NCBI RefSeq assembly: GCF_009834535.1
Contig: NC_045698.1
Coordinates: forward strand, 1,862,001 to 1,926,000
Length of the DNA stretch: 64,000 nt
Direction of reading: 5' to 3'
DNA from: Camelus ferus
Lineage: Eukaryota
Shown here: in pieces, positions 1-12,589 of the stretch
Layout: each line of letters begins with the position of its first letter
How positions within the stretch are numbered: the stretch's first letter is position 1
Made by a program: the position numbers and the translations under genes
The notes under the pieces: model-generated
Databases searched by the model: none
The model's input: only the letters and a program-made list of their open reading frames with translations
What the model was told of the DNA's origin: nothing

Positions 1-595
1 ATGAGTCTACATAAAATTAATAAAGTATCCTGGTTGTTGCAGGAATATATGTTTACTTGGATACCTGAAATTTAATCACTGTGATTTACCATATTAACAG
101 AATAAAGGAGAAAAACCACATGATCATTTATTAGATTCACTAGAAGCAAATGTCTAATAAAATTCACAACCTGCTCTTAATAAAAACCTCCATCAAAGTA
201 GAAATGGAAAGAAAAGCTTCCCAATATGGTAACAATTTAAAAACAAAACAAAACAAAAACAAAAACACCTGTAGTTGACATTTCACTTAAATATCAAAGC
301 TTTCTTCTCTAAGATTGAGAGTAGTCTGAGAATGTTTGCTGTCAATACTTCTATTCAACAATCTTCTAGAAATGCAAGTACATTAAATAAGGCAAGAAAA
401 AGAAACAAAAGTTGTGAAAATTGAAATAAAATTACTCTTTATTTACCATTATTACATTTGTAAAAAGTCTGAAACAATCTATAGACCAGTAAAGTTAATG
501 TGAATTTTATAAGGACACTGAATTCAAAGTCAATGTAAAAACAGTGTTTTCATGTACAAGTATCAAACAATTGAAAAACAAATTTTTATTATTAT
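1..595 (+). mobile_element. Old L1 (L1M/L1ME-like) ORF2 reverse-transcriptase fragment, decayed
   Basis: 81-140 translates VIYHINRIKEKNHMIILLDS, matching the L1 ORF2 RT segment VIHHINR-KDKNHMIISID. A-rich plus strand with stops and frameshifts. Confidence 0.85.
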
Positions 596-797
596 TAGAG
601 GTCAGCAAACTTTTTAAAGGGCCAGATAATGAATAATCCAGGGTTGTATACCACATATAGTTTCTATTGCATATTCTTTGTTCTCTCTTTTTTTTCTTGG
701 TCTTTTAAAAACATGAGAATAATTCTTAGCTCACAGGTTGTACGGAAACAGGCTAGAGGCTCAATCTGGCCTGCGGGTCTCAGGTTGCTGACACCTG
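596..797 (-). mobile_element. MER58 (MER58C-like) hAT-Charlie non-autonomous DNA transposon inserted in the L1
   Basis: Degenerate TIRs tagaggtcagcaaac (596-610) and gttgctgacacctg (784-797). Internal aaagggccagata, attcttagctcacagg and tggcctgcggg resemble the MER58 consensus. Confidence 0.8.
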
Positions 798-1955
798 CTC
801 ATAGCAACAAGGAATATTAAATACATAGGAATCAACTTGAGGGACGCTATGCATAACTTCTACACTGAAAACCAGAAAGCATAGCTGAAAGAAATTAAAG
901 AATACACAGAGAAATGAAAAATATACTATGATTTGATAAGGATTACTTTCTCAAGTAATTGTCCTGTGAGAATTTCCTATCTGTATTAAAAAAGTGAAGA
1001 ACTTCTGTTTGTCAAAAAACTTCAAGAGAATGAAAAAAATAATAATAAGCCCCAGCTGGGAGAAAATATTTGCATTAAATATATCTGACAAATATCTCAC
1101 AACCAGGACATGTAAGAACTCTTACAACTCAGTAAGAAAAAGTAATCATCAAATTAGAACAGAGCAAAAGACTTACATAGGCTTTTTATAAAAGGATATT
1201 AAAAGGCCAATAAGCAAATGTACTTGGCATCATTAATCAGCAAGGACATGCAAATTAAAACCCATCATCTGAGACCCCTACACACCCACCATGAGGAATA
1301 AATGAGAAAGACAGGCAATTCCAAGTGTTGATCAGGATGCAAGGACAATGGAATTCTACTACATTATTTTTAGCAATAAATTTGTACAACCATTTGAGAT
1401 CTATTTGACAGTACCTACCCTAGCTAAATACACATCTGTACTGAACCAGCAATCCCATTCCTCAGTGTGGGCCCAAGAGAATTAGCCTGTCTGTCCACAA
1501 AAGGGTATAAAAATGTTTGTAGAAAATTTATTCATAATAAGCAAAAAATACAACAGGAAAACGAATAATAAATTATGGAGTCATAGACTGTAATACTATA
1601 TAACCATAAAAATAATGTAAAGCAATGATCTTGGTTCTACCTATGTGCGTGACTCCCACAAACCTTAGGCTGCACAATAAAAGCCATACACAAAAAAGCA
1701 CCTGCTGTATTGTATGAGTCTGCTTGTAGGGAGTTTGACATGAAACAAGATTGATCTATTGAGATAAAAGTCAAATAGTGGCTCTTTTTGGGCAGAGAAG
1801 GGATAAATTATACTCAATGTGTTTTGTCTACTATTGAACTGGGTGGTGGCTACAAAGCATATGGGAAGATGCAAATTCATCAATTTGTTCAGTGTACACT
1901 GAAGATGAGCATGCTTCACACTAATATTTATGCTTTTTTTCAAATTAAAAAAAAG
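798..1955 (+). mobile_element. Continuation of old L1: ORF2 C-terminal part and L1ME-type 3' UTR with A tail
   Basis: ORF 994..1191 contains KNFCLSK...SWEKIFALNISDK (L1 ORF2 WEKIFA motif). gcaatcccattcctc and gggtggtggctaca...aattcatcaa are typical of old L1 3' ends. A-rich end near 1945-1955. Confidence 0.8.
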
Positions 1956-2149
1956 GAGATTCAGAAAATGAAAATAAAAGTATACTATTTTAAGAAATTT
2001 GGCTATAAAAAGAGAGAGTTGTAGGCTGAGAAAGAAAACAAGCAAACACACTCACATACATAGATGCTCACCCAGTGAGCACCAAGGTGAGAAGATAAAT
2101 GGTTCTAAGACGACTGAAAAACCAGGAAGAACATCCAGCGTCCAGGGCA

Positions 2150-2800
2150 AGAAGTAGGGTTATAATGGGCAAATGAAGGAAAGGAAGCATAAGAAGATAT
2201 ATTTAGGAAAATGACTATTTAGATAAAGAGTGGAGAGTTGAAAGAACTCCCTGTTGGTAGCTGAGTTTTCTCAAGTCTAGGGCATCTCCGGCTTCTGACA
2301 GGGGCCAGGGTGACACCTGAAGACCACAGTGATGGTCTGCAGTGGGCCTTCCAAGGGCAGGCCATGCTGTGTGAGCCCTTCAGCAGGTCAGGGGTAAGAG
2401 CCTGAAGGTCACGGAATTGATTGTCTTCCAGAGGTTTTCACTATTGGGGGAAGACTGAGATTACAAGGAGGTTACAGATCCTGGGACTGGTGAAGGAAGT
2501 GGAGCTTGAGGTTGGATGGGGAAGGAAAGTAAGTCAGTAGGATGGAGTAGATCCCAAGGGAGAGGTCTCAGTGTAAACACATGAGAGAGAGAGAGGTGTA
2601 ACAGGGGCGTGCACATCTGGGTTGGTCTCGGGGGTATTGCAGGAATTCTAACAGTGGAAGTGTGTCACTGCAGCTGGGAGCCTGTTGGTAGGATGGATGC
2701 CCTGGTTGTGGGCTTCAAAGTCACCCTGGGTGACGGCAGGATATGGGGTGGAGAGGAAGGCTTTGCTCACGTGTGAAAGTCCTTACCTATGGACTCCCAG
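2150..2800 (-). mobile_element. L2 LINE ORF2 fragment (endonuclease region), decayed
   Basis: Minus strand near 2710-2760 translates FLSTPYPAVTQGDFEAH, resembling the L2 endonuclease ILGDFN motif region. Purine-rich plus strand is typical of antisense L2. Confidence 0.55.
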
Positions 2801-2888
2801 TGATGACAGTGGAAAGATACTGCACTGAAGACTCAGCTCACATGCTACTTTTATGCCTTTCTAGTAGAGGAACATGAGAAAAAGGTTT

Positions 2889-3336
2889 TGTGGTAGATTG
2901 TTGTAGGAAGGCTCCCAGTGACCCATGTCTCTCTGTGTCCACTGCTTGGGTTGTCCACTCCCACAATTACTGTGACCTGGGACTTGCTTTGGCCAATGGG
3001 ACAACAGCAAACACGATTCAAGCAGAAGCTTGTAAGGAGCTTGCACAGTGAGGCTTATACCCTCTGGATGCCTTTTGAACCCTGTTGTGATTCTGTGAAG
3101 AATCCTGGGCTAGCTTATTGGAGGGTAAGATGCTGTGTGGAGCAGGGCTGAGTCTCACAGCTTGGGCCCTCTGCAACAGCCAGCATGTGAAGGCAGGCAT
3201 CTTGGAACATCCACAGAGCTTGGCCAGAGCAGAAGGAAGAGCTGCCCTGCTGACCCAGAGGGAATTAATAAACGTCTGTCGTTTAAGCAATAAGTTTTTT
3301 GAGTCATTTGTTATACGGCAACAACTAACTTATACA
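2889..3336 (+). mobile_element. MaLR solo LTR (MLT1F/G/H-like)
   Basis: Starts tgtggtagattg, contains gacttgctttggccaatggg and aataaa...gtttaagc, ends ttgttatacggcaacaactaacttataca. TG...CA termini and MLT1 end motif. Confidence 0.85.
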
Positions 3337-3453
3337 CTTTACAAAAAGTAAGAATGTTTTCATTCTTAGAACATTGCGAAACTATCTCTACCATAATATT
3401 GTTTCTTTTTAAATAGGCACGTTTTAAAAGAGATTATCTATTGGACTTGAGAC

Positions 3454-4341
3454 TGAAATGGATCAGAATATGTTATCCCCAAAACATGCCACTTTGCCAC
3501 AAGGATCATTTTGAACCGAAGGTGATTGAGAATCAGCAGATGCAGGAAGAATTCTCTCCCCTCTTTGTTTCTGCTTTAAAGTAGGGCGTATATTTCCCTT
3601 AGTGCTCACATCTTTCTAAACCAGACCAGAAAGAAGAGAGTAGCTCCTATCATTGGAGACAGAGTTGGCCCCAAGATGAGATGACAGAAATAAATTTCAC
3701 TAAATTAACCCTTATCTTCCACTAGATTCCCCCGTATATTTCTTTTTTTCTTTTTTAAAAATTGAATTATAGTTGATTTACAATGTTGTGTTAGTTTCTG
3801 GTGTACAGCATAGTGATTCAGTTATACATACATATATATATATATACACATACATATACACACAAACACACATGCATACATACACACATATATTCCTTTT
3901 CAGATTATTTTTAATTATAGGTTATTATAAGATACTGAATAGATTTCTCTGTGCTATATAGTAGGACCTTGCTGTTTATCTATTTTATGTGTAGTAGTTT
4001 GTATCTGCTGATAGAAATTGGGGATTACCAGACATTTCCTTGTCACTTTCCCACAGTTTATCGTCCCTTGAAGCCAAACCCTCTTTTCTTTGTTAAAATG
4101 ATGTATAAGCCTCCAAGTCTAAACACTTTGTCGAGTTTCACTCCTTTTCTGTGAGGTCCTGCGCACAGAAAGTATTATAAATATTAATAAATAATAATTA
4201 TAGAAAATAAATTTATAAAATAACAACAAATGAAATAGAAATGAAGTACTTCTTTCTCTTAATCTGTCTTGTCAGTTAAGTTCACAGGCCCCCAGTCACA
4301 GAACCCAAGAGGATACAAGAAGACGTTTTTCTATCCTGGCA
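3454..4341 (+). mobile_element. ERV1-type solo LTR (MER34/MER39-like), interrupted by an L1 3' fragment
   Basis: 5' end tgaaatggatcagaatatgttatccccaaaacatgccactttg matches MER34-family starts. The 3' part has a TATA-like tataag, aataaa and ttaatctgtcttgtcagtt...acagaaccc, ending in CA. Confidence 0.75.
3742..4012 (-). mobile_element. 5'-truncated L1 3' UTR (artiodactyl-type) nested in the LTR
   Basis: Poly-T, then attgaattatagttgatttacaatgttgtgttagtttctggtgtacagcatagtgattcagtt...gtaggaccttg, with an internal (TA/CA)n tract. Possible degenerate TSD ccgtatatttc / ccagacatttc. Confidence 0.85.
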
Positions 4342-5514
4342 GTTTAATTAATGGAGTACCTTTTCCTTTTTTCCTATACATTTCAGGATTATTTGACTTT
4401 TTAGAATAAGCTTCAGTTACTTTTACTATTAGAGAAAAATGTTAAAAAATTTAAGAAACAGTGTAAATCCATCAAACAGGCAGTATTATATAATACCAAG
4501 CATGTTTAGTAATTATTTTTTCCTGATATCCAGCTCTAAGTTATTATTTACATATATTCTGATTCTAGAAAATAGCAATAGGAAAATGAATTAGTAAATG
4601 AGGCAGTTTCCTCCAAAGACATCAGACTGGCCTCGTGAAATAGCAGTCGATAGACCAATTTGGCAAAGAGGGTGGGCTTTTTGACAAAACCGCCTTATTC
4701 TCATTAAAGCATGCAATGATTGCAGACTGGCTTTGAAGAGCCTTCTCTTTTCAAATCTGCCTCAGTAACACACAGAAAATAAGATAAAATGCCTTCTTTG
4801 CTTCCTCTCATTGATATGTCTGCTGTGTTTCAAATTTGAAGTAGTTTTTTTTGGGCAACGAAAATCAAAAAATCATTAAATGATGTTAGAGACAGCAGGA
4901 AGTGTGTAAGAATCATAGCCCATCTTGCTGTAGTTCGTATTATTTCATTATCTAAATCAGTGGGTAATGATTTCTTATATATCAAAGCTTATAATTATTT
5001 TTCAGGGATGTGAACCATGGAGGAGAGGTGGGTGCTGAAGGATGATGTTGGTAAAAGAGCCGGGTTTCTGCTGAAAAGTGGAGGAATTCACCCAAAGAGC
5101 AATTATGTAAATAAAATGTGCCTGCGGCTAGAATAATTTGACTGTCACCCACTGACAGAAATGGCCCCAGGCTCAGGCCCGCACGCACGTATTCACTTAG
5201 GGAGGTAGATTCAGCAGGGGCCAGAAAAACCCAGCAGTTTTAATTTATTCACTCCTGACTGTATAATGTTGGAAGGTGGGTCTTCCCTGTAGCTCTGCTT
5301 GTTTGCTAGAGATGGTTCTGGAGGGAAGAGCGTCATTAATACTTCCTTTTCCTCATCCAGACCCTTTAGTCTGAGTCCACAGTTTCCTCCTGTCTGAAAA
5401 ACAAAACCAAAACGTCCACGAACACTGAGACCTTCTTGTCCTCCATTGGCTGTAAAACTCTTTGAAAGACCATCTTGGCAGAAGGAACCTTTGGAATGCA
5501 TAAAGCATGACATT

Positions 5515-5540
5515 AAAAAAAAAAAAAAAAAAAAAAAAAA
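5515..5540 (+). repeat. Poly(A) tract
   Basis: Uninterrupted A run of about 26 nt. Confidence 0.95.
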
Positions 5541-7142
5541 CAGCAGTCCAAATGGTACTGGCACGCTTGTATTTTGTCAAGCAGAGCCGTTATTTAAAAA
5601 CAGATGTTTACTAGGGACAGTTTTAAAAAGAAAGAGCACGTTGTAACTCCAAAAGCTAGAGGAAGGAGATGATCTTGGGCCGTGCTTAGCTTTCTGAAAA
5701 ATTCATGAAGCTGTCACTCTCGACATGTCTCTCGTGATCTTCCTGAGCTGCATCCTGCCCCACCATCCATCCCTCGTGGTCCAGGGCTGCGGGCCCGCGG
5801 TGGGTCTGGGGCCAGCCTTCCCTGCTCTGCGGTCCTCTTTCCAGACCCCCCGGACTCTGGGCTCCCCAATGCCCCCTCCATCCAACGTGTACCCTCACTG
5901 CACACCTGTTCTGTGAGCTCTCATGCTGGGCTCCAACACCATCTGGGTCCCCCTGCCTCCCCCTGGGGAGGCCTCGGTGTGAGCTCCTGGGGGACTCAGC
6001 TATGACGGAGCCGGACGGAGCCGGCCCGGGGGGGCGCGGGGCCTCTCCACCCCTTCAGGGAACGCGAGCCTGGGTCTTCACCTGCCTCCCCACCTTACCT
6101 CTCACCCCGTCTAAGGGCAGCTAAGGAGGACAGGAGGGCTTCAGTCCTGCCCACGCTCCGGGAGCCTCAAGGCACACCTGGATGGTGGTCTTTTCTCCAG
6201 TGTTTCCCAGGGCTCCTGTCCACTTGAGAGCTGGCGGCTTTTGCTTTTCAAACTCCCTTTTCACGGATAGTTGCCCAGCCCTTACTGCCCAGCTCCTTAA
6301 CCAGGTGTTTCAGGTCACCCTCTGGTGGTCCCATCCCCATGGAGCCAAGGGGACCGGCCGCTGTGCCCTGTCCAAGCTCCGCCCGCCCGAAGGTCCTCTC
6401 CTGAACCCTGGCCATCTGTTCCAGCTCAGGGGCATCTCCCGTTTCTCTCTCAGCTTCTCCCCTCGTAACAATTGGCAAAATCGTCTCTGTGGTTATGAAT
6501 TAGGGTGAGTAGGTCCTGGTGGTGGGCAAAGGGCAGGGCAGCCTTGTACCAAAGCCCTTTAGGGTTCAGACTGGGAACGGGGGCCAGGCTGGGGGCCACC
6601 TGCCACAGTCTTGTAGGGAAGGGGCCTGGGGGTTGGATTGGGGTCCTTGGGTAGAAAGCTGGGGTTCTCTGAGGGTGAGGGCGAGCTCTGCCAGGTGCAG
6701 CAGCAGGAGGCAGTCCTTGCCCCCCCAACACTGGCACTGGGACAATGTGCACCTGGAGCTCCCAGTGGGTGCCCTGTGGCCGGTGCCCTGGAAGAGGTTC
6801 CCCAGGACAGGATGGAGAGGCTGCCAGTCACACCCAGATGGAGGCAGACGGACAGACCCTCTCTCTCTAGGTGTTGGGAGCTCTGGGTAAGCCCCCGGGG
6901 TCCTCAGATAATTCCAGAGACAGACAGAGCCTCGAGAGGGAGACACCAGAGGTGCCGCTGGGGACACCAGGTGTGGGTTCGATGGCTCATCTAAGAACTG
7001 AAGAGACGCAGCACAAGAAGTGACAAACCTGAGTGACAACCGGGGACCGGGAGACCAGCGCCCTCCCGGGGTGCCCTGCCGCCCTGCGGCTTGCGGGTAC
7101 TGTTTCGTTGCATCCTCCTGGCCCGCCAGGTGCTGTCGGTGG

Positions 7143-7197
7143 CCCCACTTCACAGATGGAAAAGCACGAACAGCAAGAGGTTAAGCAACCAGCTGCA
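7143..7197 (-). mobile_element. MIR core fragment
   Basis: ccccacttcacagatggaaaagcacgaacagcaagaggttaagcaac resembles the antisense MIR core cccattttacagatgaggaaactgaggcacagagaggttaagtaac. Confidence 0.55.
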
Positions 7198-8627
7198 CCG
7201 CCGGCCCCCAGCCTAGTGTGGACGGTGAGCATCACCCCGGATGCGTGCAGACGCCCAGGGTCTCAGTGCCGTCCCGCTGCTCTCATCTGTCCCCCCGGGA
7301 GTGGGCCCCACCAGGGCTGGGGCAGAGCCACTGAGGCCAGAAAGCCCGGGTCTTCCCCAGCCCACCCTGCCCGTGAGCTCTCCAGGCCGTGCAGAGTGCG
7401 GCGAACAGCTGCGCTGCGGCTTGAGAGCTGGTCCAGGGCCATTGGCTACCTCAGCCCTCAGGGCGGCGCGCTGCGGAAGCTCTCGGTCACCGCGTCCTCG
7501 CGCAGGGACTGATGGAGGGCAGCTTCCTCCTACCAGGACACTCATGTTTCAGCCGCAAAATCCCCAAACGTAGGTGTCTGAACAAACCCTGAGCATGAGG
7601 TGAGACTGGGAGGCTGAACGAATGTTAGGTCAGTGAAATCACCCCAGTGCGCTCGGTGCCGGGTCTGGAAGATTTGTCCCCCTTCACCCTCTGCTGAAAA
7701 GGCACCTGTCCTCACCACGAAGGGAGGCAGGCCCTCTGCTCCTGAGAGCCTCCTGCCCACCCAAGGGGGAGGCCTCTGGCCTCCTGCCCAGCCCGGCCCC
7801 TGGATTATTGGCCCAAAGACTGAGGACAAGGGCCCCTTCCAGGCACCTCCTTTGGGGGACCCGACATCAGGGGTGCAGCCAGGAGACGGGTCCTGCTGGC
7901 AGCCCACTTTCCCTGGACACTCTGCACAGAGTGTCCCCTGCTTTGAGGACACGGGGGAATTTTGATTCACCCATCATGCTCATTCCTCAGTCTTCACTGC
8001 TCTTTGGACGCTGAGTTCTGGGAAATAAGCCCACTGCCCCGCTCTTGAGGGCTCCCCAGTCTACAGCAGGAGACTGAAGACTCCACTGCAGGACTGTGAA
8101 AGTCTGCAGGGCAGCCAGCTCCCCTGGATGGCCGGGAAACACCGAGGGGCGACCTTGGGTGACCTGGGACCCCACGCGTGGGAACAGCATGGACCTGAAG
8201 CAGAGGTGGGTGGACATGGCTGTGAGCCTGGAACTGGAGGGACAGGAGGGGAGCCCCGTCTCTCACCTGCAGAAGGAGACAGGAGCCACTCCCCTGGGCC
8301 CCCTCTGCTGCCCACAGCCAGCCTCTCCAGAGACACAGGCGGCTGCTCCAGAAGGCTTGCTGATTAAGACCAAAAGGAAGAAAGGAAGGAGGGAAAACCA
8401 CTAATTAGGGGATCTGCTTCAAGAAATGAGTGCACGTAACAAAGTGATCCCTCTCCGTCTCCCCGGGGTTCCCCCGGGCCAGTTAGGGGTGGGAGGAGGC
8501 TCGGTGAGGACCGGGGCCCTGATTCACCTGCACGTACCACGCGGGGCGGGACGGAGCCCGCCGCGTGCCTCGGCAGTTTAGACAGAACCCCTCGGTCCTG
8601 TTACCGCGTCAGCTCTGGGGAAAGCTT

Positions 8628-8768
8628 TGCACACGTGGGTGTGTTGTGTGCCGTGCACGTGCCGTGTGTGAGTGCGCCCTGTGCACCAGCGCGTGTGTGC
8701 TGGGCACGCGGCACGTGTGTGCTGCCTGTGGGTCGCGGGTGGATGTGAATGTGTGCGTGTGTGTGTCT
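8628..8768. repeat. Degenerate (TG/CG)n purine-pyrimidine alternating tract
   Basis: Repeated gtgt/gtgc/cgtg units are visible directly. Confidence 0.7.
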
Positions 8769-11700
8769 CCCTCCCATGCTTGTTCCTGGGTCCTCACGCT
8801 GAGCAGGTATCGAGGACTGTGGTAACCCCTGGGCACCGCAAAGCCCAGACCCGACGCCAGGCTAACGGGACAGCCGAGGTCCGTGTGCGCTCGGTGCTTA
8901 TTTCAGCAGAAGGGAGTGAGTGCCCTTCTCAGGGGAGAGAACCATCGTTCAGTGGCCAAGAACAGGCCTGGAATGAGAGTCCTTGGCCTTGAACTCCAGC
9001 CCCATCCTTGCCGTCTCGGCACGTGGGAGAAGCTTCTAGAGGGCCCTTCGTGCCTCCACCAGCTGCCCCCCACTCTGCGGCCTCCCCACTCTCCCGAGGA
9101 CGTCCTGCTCCCTCCGCTTCCCTCTGACTTGGGGTTTGCGGGGCAAAAGAGCTGTCCCTTTCTTTCCAGTGGAGGCTGGAGGGCCGGGGTTGGGTCTCCC
9201 TGCCTCCCACCGGACCACCTGATCAGGACCCGGCTGCCGGTAAACCCATCAGGGTGGTCTGCACACGTCTAGTCTGTGATCCTGCCCGGACGCCAGCCAG
9301 ACTGTTGCCTTGGTGGGAGATGGAGTGACAGGGGCCAGGGTGGGAGTCAGGCTGCGGGCTGCAGGCCTGGCTCCGCCCTCCCAGGGCTGGTGGCCTCATC
9401 TCCCCAGGGGGCTCCCTCGGGCCCTGGGAGCAGGAAGCAGATGGTGAGAGTCGGGTGACCAGGGCACGCAGGCAGTGAGCAGGTGTGAGGGGTGTCCTCG
9501 CTTAGAACCGAAGCCACTTGACGTGAACTTCAAGACCGCGCCGTGAAGAGTCCACTCAGCCAGCAACACAAGGGCGCCCCTGGGGCCGCGCGCCTCGGCC
9601 TGGACGCGGCAGCCCGCGGGGAGGGCGGTTTCTGAGACGAGAGTCTGAAGGCTTCCAGCTCCCTTCAGGGGAGGCGGTTGTCTGCTGCTCTTTCTTGCAG
9701 CAGCGGGTGGTTGCGGGGGGGTGGCCGGGCCGTCCCGTCTGTAACTGCGGTTACTGCGAAGTGTCATTCGGCTCAGGCTCCGCATCGCAGCCTGGCGGCT
9801 CAGACGTGGGCGTTCGCTGTCCCGCAGTCGGAGGCCGGGGCCCGAGATCACGCTGTCGCAGCGCTGGTTCTTCCGCGGCCTCCCCGCGTCCTCGCGCCGC
9901 CGGCCCTCCGTGCTTGCGTCCTGACCCCGTCCTTGTAAGGATGCCAGTCACGTGGGACCAGAGGCTGCCTTAATAACCTCATTCAGTAGGACCACCTCTT
10001 TCTTTAGAGACGTCTTCAGATACGCTCGCGTTCGGAGGCGCTGAGGGCCGGGACTTCTACACAGGGACGCGGGGACGCCAGGCGGCCCCCCCGTAACAGA
10101 GACTTGCCCACAGTAGTGGCTGCCAGTTCACATCGTCTGGGGGTGGAAGGCCAGGGCCCTGCGTGCCTGGCAACTAATGGGTACTCGAGAAATGTTTGCG
10201 TGAATTCATGAAAGCGGTTTTGTTGCGTCATAATTGCAGTAATACTTGACCGGTTTCTAATGTGATTTCTTTGCCTTTTTGAGGGCTTTCTCCCCATTTT
10301 GTAATGCTGCGGGCACCGTCATTTAATCTTCTCAAACTGCACTTATCTGGACGCTTTTTGAGTGTCTTGTGTGTTAACCCCAAGAACGGACGCTCAGCGA
10401 GACGGTCTGGCACTTACCGGAGGCGGAGGCCCTGCGGCGCGCTTCTGGGCCTTTGAACCCTCTGCCCCCCGGTCCCCGAACCTCGTTAAGCAAATACTTG
10501 CCCTGGTTTTCATCGCGGGGCGTTTGCACACAGGTTTGCTCTCTGCCGCGGATGTTGACTCCTCTCGGCCCAGCCACGTCTTAAACGCAGCGGCTCTAAC
10601 TCATAAAATTAATTCCCTTTTCGTGGGATTGTCAGAAATGAGGATTGTTCTGACCTCTGGGTGAACTCGTCAGCTGAAATGAAGTTGTTCACTGAGCTGG
10701 AGAAGGCGCAGCTCGGTTCCGAGAGATTAATCAGCCCATCAGCCCCGGGAAGGGGCCGGCGCAGGCCCGTCACGCTGACCCCGGCAGCTCCGGGCCCCGG
10801 CAAATGAAAGCCATCACTCCTGGCCAGGAAGATACTAAATTATAGGCTTTTAAATTTAATTTTCAGTTTACTTGTGTTTTCGATTAGCGTGCCATGTCTC
10901 ATAAAGACGGCAGTACCTTTGGGAAGTAAACACCTCCGTGTAGCTCCCGTGGCCGCGGGCACCCAAAGGCGAATTCCACCCACGATCTGTCAGTGCGAGA
11001 AACGGGGGTGGGCCTTTCCCCCGGGACACCTGAAGCAACAATAGCAAACTGTTTTCTTCCTGCCCAAATCAATGGCAGCCTTGGAAAAACGTCGCCCTGG
11101 GCCGGGGGCCACAGGACTTCCTGGCAGGCTCTCAGCACTAACTTCGGGTCGCCGGAGGCCTGCGGATGGCTGTCCACTCTGTTCACTGCTGCAAGGAGGC
11201 GTCTCCTGGGTGGGAAAACCAAAGGCTGGATGCCACTTGCCAGTCGTCAGCCGGGAAGAGCTGTCCCCTCGTCTCCGCGGGACGTCAGCCGTGCGTGCAG
11301 GGACGGGGGCGCCGTCTGTGGTCCAGAGCAAACGGCAGGACGGCAGCCTCGCGGAGAACCCTGAGGGCTGGCGACCTCCCTCCACTGCGTGCTCCCTGCT
11401 CCTGGAGGCGAGCTTCGGAGAAAACCCTGCGACTATGCACTCTCGAGGGGAGGGGGGAGACGCCACACCCCCTCCCCGCGGGCAGACGCCCCTCTGCTGG
11501 GCCCCACGCCGGCTCGCCTGCTGTCGCCCCCCACAGGACACTCGCGTGCTGATGCCCGCGTCCACCCTGCTCTCCAGGTCCCTGTCCCCACAGAAGCCAC
11601 TCCTGACCCGACCCCTGGGGCATTTCCTGACACTACCTGCTGGTCAGCAGCCCCAAATAGGTTTAGTTTGTCTCCTCCAGGTTAGAAGATTACCAAGAAA

Positions 11701-11820
11701 AAGACACAATAAACATCAACAAAGGAACTTCAGAAGAGTTTTAAATGGTATCCCTTACATAGTCTATAAAAATCAGTCTTACTCTTGTTTTTTTAACTTA
11801 CTTAACATTTCTACAGCACA

Positions 11821-11882
11821 TTTCCTTCCTTCCATTCTTCCTTCCTTCCTTCCTTCCCTCCTCCTTTCTCTCTTCCTCTCTG
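11821..11882 (+). repeat. (CCTT)n / polypyrimidine simple repeat
   Basis: tttccttccttccattcttccttccttccttccttccctcctcctttctctcttcctctc. Confidence 0.9.
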
Positions 11883-12589
11883 CCCTGTGTGCAGCGAGGC
11901 CTCTGCAGACGCCATCTGCCCTGGGACGCAGCCGCCCATCTGCTCTGGGCATCCGCCCTCCTGAGAAGCAGGGCTTATCTGTCCCTCCCATGCACGGCGT
12001 TGTGACACTGCAACTCGGGTGCCTTACAGGGTCAGCCTCCCACGTCACCCAGCTTGCCTTAACACCGGGGAGTCCAGGCCCCGCCCCCTCATCTTCTGTC
12101 CCTCTGCCAGGAGCACTAGCACCCTTGGCCCCCAGGGTCCCCTGCCAGCCCGAGTCCCGGAGGTCCTGCCAGGGTCACATGCAGGGGCTGTGGCCGACAG
12201 TGCGTTTGCAGCCTGCAAGTCTGCTGCTCTGTTTCCTGTTCTTCCTGAGACTTGTCTCTGCCCAGAGTCACAGTCACAGTGGGTCCCACGCACACGCGGT
12301 GGCTGGAGAATTGGGTCACCGGGCAGGCTGTGCACCCTGAAGGGGGTTCGGAGGGATCCCAGTGGCCAGGCTGGACTTACTTCCTCAGGAACGTGCCTGC
12401 GTGCGGCTAGTCTCCCACACGCCTGGGCCCCGCCTGGGGCGACTGGCAGGCTTCCACAGACGCAGACGGACCGACTGACTTAAAGGGAGAGTCAGTCCTC
12501 AGCAGCAGTGAGCGTGGCCTCTGAAGGGGGGAAGGGTGTGCCCCACGAAGGTGCAGGGGCCCCAGGAGCCGCTTTCTGCTCTGTGTCGA

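Noticed and set aside
11072..12340. Longest ORF (422 aa, plus strand)
   Set aside because: No recognisable domain. It is rich in Pro/Arg/Ala/Leu/Ser as expected for GC-rich non-coding DNA, reads through a (CCTT)n microsatellite (LPSILPSFLPSLL), and overlaps many other ORFs on both strands.
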